Notes: a model not told the origin generated them from the sequence alone. 64,000 nucleotides of DNA from Octopus vulgaris (GCA_951406725.2 OX597820.1:83700001-83764000), one strand, 5' to 3'. Shown: positions 11,901 through 23,799, numbered from the stretch's first letter. Numbers and translations are program-made.

Positions 11901-14082
11901 CAAATAAATACAAATATATATTTTTGTATACAAAACACAAATAATATGAACAGCAGTTTGCAACGTTTCATCAAAAACAATTATAATTGTCGCGAAATGT
12001 GACTAGGGTGAAAACATTTTTATGCCAGTACATCTCCGTTTCTCATTCGATTATATCAAAAGATTTGATTTTGATGTAATTTTTACGCCATTTACGAAAT
12101 TTATAACTAGCTTTTGAAGAAATGAATAACACAAACACCTCGAGCTTCCAGTTATAGAAAGATTAACCCATTTTGCATATCCCTTTCAGCAACCATGTTA
12201 AAAGATGTCGGTTTTATGGTCAAGGTTTCTGTCGAGGATTAGACTTAGATATAGAGTTGAGAGTTAGGGTTTAGGATCAGTGTAACGATGTATGATTTAT
12301 AGTTTAGGTTGAAAGTCAAAGTTAAGTTTTAACGTTAGGTTCCTATTGAAGAAATACGTTTTTGGTTAGTATTAAAACTAAAGTTTAAGCTTAGACTGAA
12401 TTTTATGAGCAGGGTTTTGAATGTTTAAAGATACGTTTTATCAATAGGTTTATTGTTAGAGTTTATATTTTATTGTTGGAGCTTTTTGTTGGAGTTTATA
12501 ATATTATATATTATTATATGTTATAAGTCCATCAAAAAATGAACTTCAAATGAAGATTTGTTCGTTTCAATTTCTGTCGTTAAATATTATTCATCTTTAA
12601 ATAACATTTTTAGTTTCCATTCCTACCAGAGAATATGTTAGGCTGAAATGTCATATAGAAAACAAGTCTGAAACGACATATACAACATAAGACTTAAACG
12701 CTTTCTTCTTAATTTCTCCAATTTTAGGATTGATACAAATAGTGCCCATCTATAAAAAAAACTTATCAATAAAATTGCAAAATGCATTTCAAACAGATAA
12801 GATTCTGAGTTTCTTAATAATAACCTTTACGGCTGAATTAGGTTGGAATAGTACTGTTTTAATCTGTTCAAATAATCGTTAGCATAATTCCTACCGACAT
12901 ATTCCGAGGAAATTACTTGCCGTTTCGTTATTTAAATCCTTTATGATCTAGCTGACTTCTGTATTTGTAATCTTATATTCCAGTCTCATTTTTGTTTCCT
13001 TGGGTTACATTAACTTTTGGCAACATGAAAGACTATGATATAATTTTTCTAAATTTTCTTTATTTGAGTTTATTTCTTCTATCATGAATCACTGGAATAA
13101 AGTAGATACATAGCAATATTGTAATCATTGCATATATTATTGTATTCATTCTAGTGATTATTGATATCTGAATCTGTTTACAGTATGCCAACCCTAGCCA
13201 TATTGGATTTTCATGATACTGTTGATATTAATAACATTTTGCATCTTTCGTTTTGAAGATATTAATAGGTTCATGTGAAGACATTATGTGAATTTATATT
13301 ATTTATGTATTTAAAGTCTAAATTATTTATATATTTAGAATTTTTCATCTTTCAAATTTTGTATTATCAAATATTGCTTTATGATGGTAGGTTGGTAGAT
13401 AGAATGTCAAACAAAATTCATTGCAGCACATACTTAGGGTTCTTCGTATCTACAGCTGAAATCCAATTGAGCTCGATTTAATCTTATTGTCTTCCCATTA
13501 TAACTACAAAGTATCGATATAATCGAGTGTTCCATCCACCAAAGTATTTCCGGCCATGACCCCATATAATAATCAATATTCAATATTTAACACATGTATT
13601 TTTATTTAAAATCTAACATCCTCTCCGCAATCAGGTTTTCGCTTCTATTGGCTAGTATTCCGTAAGGAAGTTAAATTTGATCAGTATTGTTATTTGAAAT
13701 TGTATACAATCTTTTTTGTTATAATTCCTTCATGCTCCTTGCTATTAACAACAATAACTTCTTAATTTACATATCTGCTGCTATTATTTTTGTTTACTGT
13801 GTATAAGTTTATTCTTTTATGTTTAAGGTTCATAATGGAACTTTCCCAGATTCGTTGGTCTGATGGAATGCAAAGTTACATATATTTCTATTCTATAGAC
13901 ATTAGACTTTTCATTTCGAGAGGCCTCCATTTTGTTACTCTGAGGCTGCACATGAACACAAATACATATACATTCACGTTTAAACCTACGCCCCTGTACT
14001 TATGAACGCACACACACATACACACACACACACACATACACACACCTATACCTACAGGCATACGCACACATACAGATATATC

Positions 14083-14610
14083 CGATTCCTCCACATCGCA
14101 CATCTTCCAAAACCTACCCGTTCTATCCTTCGAACGAATCTTTAACTTGCGTGACTACCTGGTCCAAAATTTCTTCCCTAACCCCACCTCCGGTCTTAGA
14201 TCCTTCCACTGCTCCCACCCACAGTGCTGCACCTGCCCCTACCTTTCGAACACCACCATCCACACACGCATCTATCATCGTCTATATGTCACCACCGACT
14301 CTTTTCCTTGCAGTTCTAGTAACGCCATTTACTGCATCATCTGCTCTGACCGTCCTTCCCTGTACATCGGTCAAACGGGACGCCGTTCGGCTGACCGGCT
14401 CGCGGAGTACTTCCGAGACATCAGACACTGAAATAACAACCCAGTCTCGTGCCATTTCCACTCTCCCTGACATTCATTATAACATCTGTCTGTGTTCGGA
14501 CTCTTTAACCGGAGCCATTCGGACACCCGCCTTTGATGTGAACAGGAATTAATCTTCTCTATTCACTCCTTTGCCCCACATGGCTCACTTCACCTCTTCT
14601 ATTCATCTGA
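14083..14610 (+). mobile_element. Penelope-like element 3' fragment (Neptune-like Cys linker + GIY-YIG)
   Basis: PVLSFERIFNLRDYLV...CSHPQCCTCPYL...FPCSSSNAIYCIICSDRPSLYIGQTGRRSADRLAEY...NPVSCHF. In-frame stops follow position 14431. Confidence 0.9.
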
Positions 14611-14871
14611 CACCAAACTCACCTCCTCATTTCATTTGATACCAACTCCAAATCGATGCACATACACTAGAACTGACCACTTATACTTTATCTATTTTGT
14701 ATATTATATTAATAATTTTTTTTTAATGTTTTGGATTATGTTTTTCACTGTTTGATTTGCTTAATAGTGGTTTTATCTCTAATTTAATTTATATATATAA
14801 ATCTATTGCCATTGTCAACTGCTACCTTACTTGAATCTATGTATAGTAGTCATCGTTGTAGTAATATTATT

Positions 14872-14929
<58 letters not shown>

Positions 14930-15055
14930 CCAACATCATCAGTAATAGAAGTAATAGCAGGAGTAGAAGTATAAGTAATGGCAGTAGTAGTTGTAGTAGC
15001 AGTAGCAGAGGCAGTGGTAGGAGCAGTAGCAACAGCGGTAGCAGTAGAAGTAGAA
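14872..15055. repeat. (ATC)n followed by degenerate (AGT/AGC)n
   Basis: Direct observation. Confidence 0.9.
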
Positions 15056-15140
15056 TGGCTGGTTGGCTAGCTGAATCGGCTTTGTACTTCAGGCGCGACA
15101 CGACTAGTAGTAGTAATGATGGTAGTGGTGGGCGTGTGGG

Positions 15141-15542
15141 TGGTTGCGGTACTGTACCGACGCACAAAGAAGCCAGCACCATTTTGGAACAGTGAGATCT
15201 CGCCTGCAACCATTGCCATACGCGAGACAAAAACGAGATCTCACCTGCAACCATCATTTAAGGATAAGACAACATTCTTCCTCTCATCCTTCTCACGCTG
15301 ACGTCGAGGAAGACTTCGAAGCCAGGAGCTTACTGCGAACTTTTTTCCCGCTGTGATACCACATGCACTGTCTCCGGATGTTATTGAACCTCACGTGTAT
15401 GGGAGAGAAGGCTAACCACTCACTGGTGTGAGGATGGTTACTGAAAGCAAACCCTTGTACGAAGCGCCTGTGAATAAACGGTTATTGAATTTACTCCGCC
15501 TCAGAACTTTATTCTTTGTATTTCCAGCTCCTTGAATCAACA
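15141..15542 (+). mobile_element. Putative solo LTR
   Basis: ~400-bp GC-richer island starting TG(G)TTG and ending CAACA, with AATAAA at ~15473 and an internal 20-bp direct repeat gagatctc(g/a)cctgcaaccat. No TSD is recognisable. Confidence 0.5.
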
Positions 15543-15754
15543 GAATAATTATAATGGAAGAAGAACATAACCCAAAAGTTTCATAGAAACCTTCCTATTT
15601 TTATTGTAGCATTAGTATTAGAGGTGGTTTGTATTCTTTTGCCATCAGGAAACAAAAGAAGAAACATCACACCCTTCAGCAGAGGCCAAACGTGTTTACT
15701 ACTACCAGCGATCAATGAGAGAGCTAGCCTTGTTGTGTTTTAATTACTGATCGA

Positions 15755-15832
<78 letters not shown>
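15755..15832. repeat. (AAT)n microsatellite
   Basis: Direct observation. Confidence 0.95.
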
Positions 15833-15861
15833 CGTAATAATATATATACATATATATATAT

Positions 15862-16216
15862 ATTAGCAGTATCGCCCGGCGTTGCTCGGGTTTGTAAGGG
15901 AAATAACTATAAAGCATTTTTAGAGAGTTATAGCCAAAAAATGGAAAAAAAATGATGGTAAATTTTTTTTTAGTTAAAAAGGTCGAGTTGCGTTCCCTAG
16001 ACAGTCTGTGGTTTGTGTTTCTGATTCTCGACCCCATGTCGAATTTATCGATTTTTTTCAGAACTGGGGGAACTTTTCAAAATTTTCGCTGCGTTAGTAT
16101 TGAATTATGACATTGGGCTATGTGTGTGTCAAGTTTCATCAGAATCGGTTGAAAGCCGTGGTCAGGGTGAGCGTACAACCTAACAGACACACAGACAAAC
16201 TGCCGTTTATATATAG

Positions 16217-16218
<2 letters not shown>
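15862..16218 (+). mobile_element. Non-autonomous Helitron/Helentron-type element (DINE-1/HINE-like)
   Basis: 5' ta(t)tagcagtatcgCCCGGcgttgCTCGGG subterminal hairpin. 3' aagtttcatcagaatcggttga...acagacacacagacaaactgccgtttatatatag. Inserted within (TA)n. These end motifs are characteristic of this class. Confidence 0.75.
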
Positions 16219-16220
<2 letters not shown>

Positions 16221-16282
<62 letters not shown>

Positions 16283-16289
16283 ATATATT

Positions 16290-16350
<61 letters not shown>
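16221..16350. repeat. (TA)n microsatellite
   Basis: Direct observation. Confidence 0.95.
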
Positions 16351-16354
<4 letters not shown>

Positions 16355-16864
16355 TTTACATCGTTGCACATTCTTTTCTTTTTCTGGGTTTTGCAGTGGT
16401 TTAGAGCTTTCATAATTGTGCTGTTTGTATGTAGTGGCAATTGTTTATTTCCTTAGTTTTATCAAGCGTTTAATAGTGTCGTTTCAATAACAGGATGTTT
16501 GCATTTTCAAATGCTTAGGGAGAAAGGAAAGGAAGGATTTTAACAGAAAGTTGTATATATTAAATTTACAAAGTTTTTAAAGATTATTGTTTGCGTGTTC
16601 GGCCAGAGCAAACTAGATATGGAAGTTTTTCAATTCATTTTGAAGGAAATTTTAAATACTCAGTGTAACTTGTAGATATTCCAGTGTTTGAGAGTTATTT
16701 TTCAATTGACCTGCTGAATTATATTACTGTTTCTGTGTCATCTATTATTATCTTCATTATCATCATGATCAATGATCATTATTACAATTATTATTGTTAT
16801 CTGAAAGACTCTCGGATAGTCCTTAATTACCAGTTATTCTTTACACGAAAGCAGGCAATTACAA

Positions 16865-17475
16865 ATCTCCAAACGTTTCAAGTGTTGCCTTTTCATGTGA
16901 CTCAAACAGACTATAATATCCTTACAATGCAAGCTGTACCATCAATACAGGCTTCTGGATCACCTCGAGCCTCACAACAGCCCCATTATTCTTTATATGT
17001 TTTCCAAAGCCCTTGGAAACTGCTCCTAATGCTTCAATTACCACCGGTATCACCATTACATTCCTCATGCTCCATAACGTTCGTATCTTATCCCGCAGGG
17101 GCTGGTATTTCTCGATCTTTACTGTTTCCTTACGTTTCACCCTCGAATCGTCCAGTATTGCAACATCTATTATTTTTACTTATTTTTCATCTTTATGGAT
17201 GAACAAGATATCTGGTCGTCTCGCCTGTATGACTTGGTCGCACTGCATGTTAAAATCCAAGAGTATTTTGTGATGCCCGTTTTCCACTATTCCCGCGGGC
17301 TTGTGTTCTTACTATTGTTTTGCTTTATAGCAGAACAGCCAGTGGCCATAACTGGTCACATTGTCGTGTTTCCTTTTGTTTTCGCGTTGTGCGAGCTTAC
17401 ATCACTCATTAGCAATATGGCTTATACTTTCTCCCTTCTCAGAGTACATCCTACACTGTGGCAAGCCAGAGAATA
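16865..17475 (-). mobile_element. RLE-type LINE (Dong/R4-like) C-terminal fragment
   Basis: ORF 16922-17140 reads KETVKIEKYQPLRDKIRTLWSMRNVMVIPVVIEALGAVSKG...IQK. Upstream on the minus strand, KILLDFNMQCDQVIQARRPDILF...IIDVA gives the PD-(D/E)xK restriction-like endonuclease. Confidence 0.88.
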
Positions 17476-17906
17476 AATGTAAATAATGGAAAGTTACCAT
17501 TTCGGTATCATTAGCATCTAAACGTATTTGTTCTAATGATTATTGATGGGAAGAACCTCTAAAAATTGTTCACGTTTTTCATCAGTTCTGTGAGAAGGCG
17601 TAACAGTTTCTCTTAATCAATGCATAGGATAGGTCATTTGCTATGTATGAAGCTGGAATAAATTCCATAAGCATATAATGCAGCTTTTATTGTACCGTCA
17701 TTAATTAGATCATACCTGTTTTATATACAGTAGCTTTATTGTAAACAATATCAAATGAAATAAATTGAAAGGAAAGAAATCCACTTTCATTAAAAGGAGA
17801 ATGCACTGAAATTCTTTTTATGCAATAGTTGTGCAATAAAAGGACGGAGATGCCTCCTGACAGAAAAAATTACAGTTTGTCGACCTTTCATCAAATAATA
17901 TACCTA

Positions 17907-18207
17907 TTTCTTTACTACCCACAAGGGGCTAAACACAGAGGGTACAAACAGGGAAAGACAAACGGATTAAGTCGATTATATCGACCCCAGTGCGTAACTG
18001 GTACTTATTTAATCGACCTCGAAATGATGAAAGGCAAAGTCGACCTCGGCGCAATTAGAACTCAGAACGTAGCGGCAAACGAAATACTGCTACGTTCTGA
18101 GTTCAAATTCCGCCGAGGTCGACTTTGCCTTTCATACTTTCGAGGTCGATTAAATAAGTACCAGTTACGCACTGGTGTCGATATAATCGACTTAATCCGT
18201 TTGTCTT
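17907..18207. mobile_element. Two CORE-type (OR-like) SINE copies in head-to-head inverted arrangement
   Basis: gttctgagttcaaattccgccgaggtcgactttgcctttcat...aagtaccagtt...ctgg occurs on both strands and forms a near-perfect inverted repeat. Confidence 0.9.
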
Positions 18208-19686
18208 ATACCTGCTTTCCTTTCCTAAAGGTAAGCATATGTTTTTAAAAGAATTATAAACCACGCGAGCACATTATGGTAGATTTTCAATTTTATATTT
18301 GCAAACATCTGCAAACATATTTAGAACGGATCCGTGAACAAGCGGAGCCCATTGTGCTATATATGTGTGATTTGTGACAGTGGCTTAGCAGGGTACTTCT
18401 CAATTGATTTAGCAGTGTAGTAAATAATTTCACGTAGGTATATGCCTGGAAACTGTTGATGTTTCTGTTCATAGATACTTACAGAGTAAGAAGAGAGAGA
18501 GAGAGAGGTGGGGGACTGAGAAAGAGAGGGAAATTACTAAGAGGTTACAGGTGGTGAATATCCTCCTTGAGGGGAGAGAACCGCTTCAAGGCTTACTGAA
18601 TATTTTTTTTACTTACTGATTGTTGATTAAACTTGTTTTTTTAATTATTTTAGTTTGTATTTGAGAGTTTATGAAGTGGTTTTTATCAGTCATAGTTGTA
18701 TATCTTACAAGTAGGCATAGATTTTAAAGCACCGAACAAAATCCTTTTAATTTCAAATCACTTCGTTGTTGATTTTGCTGTTCATCTTACCGTGTTCAAT
18801 TAATATATAATACTATTGAAGTACTGATGTTTATGTAAGACATGAATCCTATGCACGTAAAACGCTTATGGACTTGCCAACAATTTTAGTGTTTGTGTTC
18901 TGCTTCTCATTAGAATGTTTTTATTTGAGATCTTTAGGTTTGTTAATAACGACCATACCAGTGTAAGAAACGTTGGTAGGATTTTATTTTCAGTTTTTAT
19001 ATTAAAATTTTATTTCAGTACCAAGAAATTGCTTCCATTGAAAAATCTATTATATCTTTTTTTTCAGTCACTGCTTCTGCCAACACTGCATGGCTATGTT
19101 TTTGAGTACAAATGTAATATCCTATCTTTGATTAAGATTTCTGAATATATTTATTAGTCATTCATATCCTCGTCTACTTATTTTTTAGAAAATATTGTAG
19201 GTGTATATTCACTATAAAGTTCAACTACAAGAATTATTTTTACTGTCTACATCATGCTGTCTTCTTGTTATATATATTTTGTATGCAGTTGAGAATTACA
19301 TGATATTTGGTGAGCACAGGTCATTTGACATCGGTCTTTCAATAGCATATTTGAATTTCCATTCCACACTTCAATTAGAGTTGGAGAAAATGCACAGACT
19401 AACTAAAAATAAACAACTGCTATGACAGCCATGTGAAACACTAATTCCTCTCTTCTGAAATGCTTAATCCTCATACCTTATACGTCGTGTGTAAGATGCG
19501 GTTCTTTATATTTTAAATGTGACATTCTTCTAGTGCTGTCATATTACAGATGGCATAACGACTGTATGAGTTTAAGATGAAACACACTAAATTAATTTTT
19601 TCCACAAAATGTTATTTCCCCCCACAAAATGTCATTTTCCCACTAAAGTTTGGCTTTGTCTTACGTGAGAATACATCTTATAGACC

Positions 19687-19856
19687 GGCAAATACGGAAT
19701 GCAAAAATTTAAGTAATAATGTTAAACATTCCTAGAGACAGATTGCTGTGAGCTATGAAAAGCTGAAATAGATTTTCATGACTATTCATAAGAGCTGAGT
19801 TGACTATTATAGTCTGACAATTAAATTTCACATTAACTGCCATTTCCGTATTTACC
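19687..19856. repeat. Possible small MITE relic
   Basis: Imperfect inverted repeat ggcaaatacggaatgca ... tgccatttccgtatttacc enclosing ~135 bp. Confidence 0.4.
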
Positions 19857-21767
19857 AATTAACTCTGACTTACATATTTAGCAATTAACACTGACTTACA
19901 TATTGAACTTCTTTGAAATCAATCGGTAATTATTAACTTATTCTGGAAATCATTTGACAGCAATCTTTCAATCAGACAAATCTTAAATTAAACACAAAAT
20001 TTTTTAGTTAAAGTTATTCCTTCAAGACGGGTTGAATGCTAAACAAATTTTTTGTCTTATTGATATTTCTTCCATTATAAACTACTGTAAGTCATTATTT
20101 TATATACTTATCAGATAATTAATGATTTTAATCAGCGCAGGAATTCCTCTTGAGAATAAATCCAGGCAATATATTGAGAAATTAATGTGTGTTTCGATAC
20201 ATAATTGAAATCAGGTGTGTGAAATTGTTTAAGAAAGCACAGAGCTTTTACTTAGATGAGATTTATCTGTAGACAAATTGACTCGGTGAAAACTTATTTA
20301 GTCATTGAACATATTTGTGAACCATACACACACAAATGCATAGACAGAAATATATACACACTCACCTTAACACGCATATAAACATTTGTATATTGATATA
20401 TAGAGTGTGCAATCCATGGCCTGGAATCAATATAATCAACTCAAACCCAAAGCTCAAAATTGGTGTTTTGCACTCTGTAGGAATCGAAAAGCATCAAAAG
20501 AAAATATTTGTCGTAACTGTGCCTTACCATTACGATCTGATTTACAACAACGCCAGGGTAAATTTTCAATCTTTGGACGTTGACAAAGTAAAACGTGAGT
20601 TAATTACTTATAAGTTATAAGATATGCCCTTTGTATTTAGGCAGTGTATAAAGGTAGATAATGAAAATGAGCTCAGGTGAACCATGTATCGACGCTTAAA
20701 TCTACAGATCCTAGACTGGTGCGAGTGCAGAATTGAGGCCAGACATTTGAGTCCACATTGTAGGGTAAAAAACTACATCCAACTGACCCAACAGTTACAG
20801 TTTTTTTCTGTAGTTCTGATGCTGGTAGACCTATTCTCACTATGTACCGAACGTTGATTCGTACGATTAAGTATACTAGAGGTATGCCCAGAGGTGTTAG
20901 CATTCCTAGTATGAAGTTGGGACCGGGACATTGGCATAGTCACAAGTATTAATGTCACTAACACCAGGTGCAATAGTGCTAATACAGCTATCGCTAAAAT
21001 AGGTTCAGTGTTAGTATCATACAGGTGGGGTGCCAGGCGGATTGTTGACTACACCTATAACTAGTCGGCTGGGTTTACGCCTATTGGAAACCTTTATTAT
21101 ATATCCCAAATGTGTGTGGGAGGAGTTCAATATGCTATCTTAAGAGATTTATTATAAATGAGGTAATAATATCGGTAGGTTGAAAGTTATAGCTCGGAAT
21201 TTTGAAAATATCTTCAGTATCGCTGAACCTGAAACGAAAGGAGGTTGCAAACCATATGGTCTCCTGCTTTCTTCCGCTTGTATCTTAAGAATATGTAGTA
21301 TCAGAATACGAAAACAAAATTTTAGTATTAGGAATGTATGATACACTATTGAGGAAGCTGCAACTATTTTCGAATGAGATGGTCAGTTTATAAATATGAT
21401 ATATTTTCGGAGCATCTTACGGTTATGTTAAATGGATTTCCAAGTCATATCTGTGGATGTGCCAAAAAAAACTTATGGATAGGATAGGGAAGTGTTGATT
21501 TATTTGAGAAGGAGTTAAGTGCCCTGAAGGGATTCTAATCTGAGCAGAATCCAAAGACCCTATGGTGATAACGAAATTACAGAACCTGTATTGATATTAA
21601 GAGACAAGATGCTAAAGAAAGTGTCGATATCCGACGGATAGTGGGGAGAGCATTTTCTAGCGAAGATTAAGGATTTATTTAATCGAATAGAGGATATGAA
21701 GACTTAATGGTTCCAAATATGAAATTGGAGGAAGTATGAGAACTGGAAGAAAGTGTACATTCATACA

Positions 21768-22307
21768 TGGTGACTGCCCCCTAGTTATCGAGTATGGCCA
21801 TTGCACGAAGCTTAATCAATGTTGTTATCGTGCAATGCCTGTGCAAGAATTTTTTTTTAAAGTGAGGAAAGGCTATGCCTCTCACTAAGCAACAGTAGCC
21901 ATAATCCGAAAAGAAGAGCAACTCAACATCATCGGTAACCACTGAGCCGTAGGTTTTATGAGGGAGTTATCCCAGTTACTTGAGTTACCATCTCCTAGAG
22001 GGATGCCCTAACAAAGGCTAGGAGTCCTTCACTCCCAATGGTTTAATCGCGCGATCGGGTATTCAGTCCAATTATTTCTATGTCCCTGCGCATGATACAG
22101 CCTTAACACATTTATTGGATGGCCGTTGACTCTCAGGAGTTCCTCCGCCCTTTGACGGGTATTGTTTTTCATCCCGCAGGGTGTCTAATTAACACCCTCC
22201 TCACCAAGCAAGCTTGGTGGGGTTGCCGGTTTAGTCGCCGACGACCCGACCATGTAACAGGTTGTACTGGGTTACATGTTACCAGTAGCACTCGAAAGTG
22301 ACCTGAC
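21768..22307 (-). mobile_element. Short non-autonomous non-LTR-like element (RTE-like structured 5' UTR joined to a 3' tail), flanked by (CATA)n
   Basis: GC-rich, hairpin-dense right end (ggcgactaaaccggcaaccccacc on the minus strand), no long ORF, and CATA repeats on both sides. Confidence 0.55.
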
Positions 22308-22399
22308 ATACATACATACAGACAGACAGACATATATGCGTGCTTTCATGCATACATACATACAAACAAAATACCCTGTTGTTGAAGTTGAAATTCTAC

Positions 22400-22900
22400 T
22401 GAGGGAACCTTGGATTTATTGACAAGTAATCTACAAATAAAGCGTATAGAACTAGAATATAGTGCTAGTAATTTTGATATCAATCTTCCCCGATGCCATA
22501 ATCCTGACTACAGAGTATTTACTACTTAGAGTTAAACCGGATTTAATGGGGCAAATAAGCCCAATTGGAAATTTACAGGAGAAGCCAGACTTAACGAAAC
22601 ACTGTGCTTTTAATTACACTCTCTTTTCCCGATTTTGTCCTGCTTGCACTCTCACTTCAACCATTTATATTTGCAAGCAATACTACAAGATTCGCACTCG
22701 TTAACCTTCTCTTGTATAGACGAGTCGAACTTCCTGTTATAACTGAAATTTCATCAAATTATGATTATTACGTAACCCATGACTTTCTGAAAGAGCCGTC
22801 ACGATATGACGCTATATACTTTTATATATATGCATATTTTTTGTTTATTTCCCTTTCGTATTTTTGTGCCCCATTTTTGTAGATATATCTACATAGCCTA
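22400..22900 (+). mobile_element. Possible Penelope-like extreme 3' fragment
   Basis: LTTEYLLLRVKPDLMGQ resembles the GIY-YIG C-terminal 'E.LLI...KP.LN.Q'. Downstream CTGAAAGA followed by the hairpin cgtca-cgata-tgacg resembles half of a hammerhead. Confidence 0.45.
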
Positions 22901-22987
22901 ATTGTGTTTATGCACCAAATTTTACATGTGTGTGCGTATGTGCGCATGGGGGTGTTAATATATATTTATCTTTATGCATAGATATGA

Positions 22988-23034
<47 letters not shown>

Positions 23035-23187
23035 CATAAGCTTATAAATATATATATATATATATATATACATTCAGCAAAAACAATTAAGATTCAAGTG
23101 AATTCCAATGAATTCAAATGAATATGGTACTTAACTTAGATGCACCAGAATTGTTTATGGTATTAACCATAAAAAATGTGGGGTGAT

Positions 23188-23722
23188 TATAACCAAGAAA
23201 AAAGCAACAAGAATGGATTAGTAGTTTAGTACAATTCTTTCATACCAAGAACAATTTTATTTAAAGCTGTAAGTATTGCAGCAAATACAAATGTCCAGTA
23301 TGCATAAGCTGAATCACATATATGTTTTCCAGACATGCTAGAGAATGTGTCTATCCACATGAAGTATTAAGAGTGAGTTCTATGAAATTTAAAGTCAAAT
23401 TATAAGCAGACTCAAATTGCTTTCTAATGATGCACAGTTTTATAAAAAAGTTTTTTAAAAGATTTTATAAAACTGTGCATCATTAGAAAGCAATTTGAGT
23501 CTGCTTATAATTTGACTTTAAATTTCATAGAACTCACTCCTAATACTTCATGAGGATAGACACACTCTCAAGGATGTCTGGAAAGCATATATTTGATTTA
23601 GCTGATGAATACTGGACATTTGTATTTGCTGCAATACATGCAGCTCTAAATAAAATTGTTCTTGGTATGAAACAATTGTACTAAACTACTAATCCATTCT
23701 TGTTGCTTTTTTCTTGGTTATA
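23188..23722. repeat. Long palindrome, ~260-bp arms, 15-nt spacer (likely inverted Penelope pLTR pieces)
   Basis: Arms 23188-23447 and 23463-23722 are reverse complements. I counted 14 substitutions and no indels by eye. Confidence 0.97.
23597..23685 (+). ncRNA. Type I hammerhead ribozyme motif with palindromic minimal stem III
   Basis: tttag-CTGATGA-atactgg...ttggtat-GAAAC-aatt-GTA-ctaaa. All conserved core positions are present, with stem I tttag/ctaaa, stem II atactgg/ttggtat (with G-U pairs) and a self-complementary stem III ACAATTGT. Confidence 0.8.
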
Positions 23723-23799
23723 TATATATACATATACATAAACTTATAAATATATATGTATAAGTATTTATATATATATATATATATATATACATATAT

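Noticed and set aside
14806-15257. Poly-Ile/Ser and poly-Leu/Met ORFs
   Set aside because: Translations of trinucleotide microsatellites.
18375-18396. miR-34-like sequence (tgacagtggcttagcagggta)
   Set aside because: Seed mismatch and no flanking hairpin.
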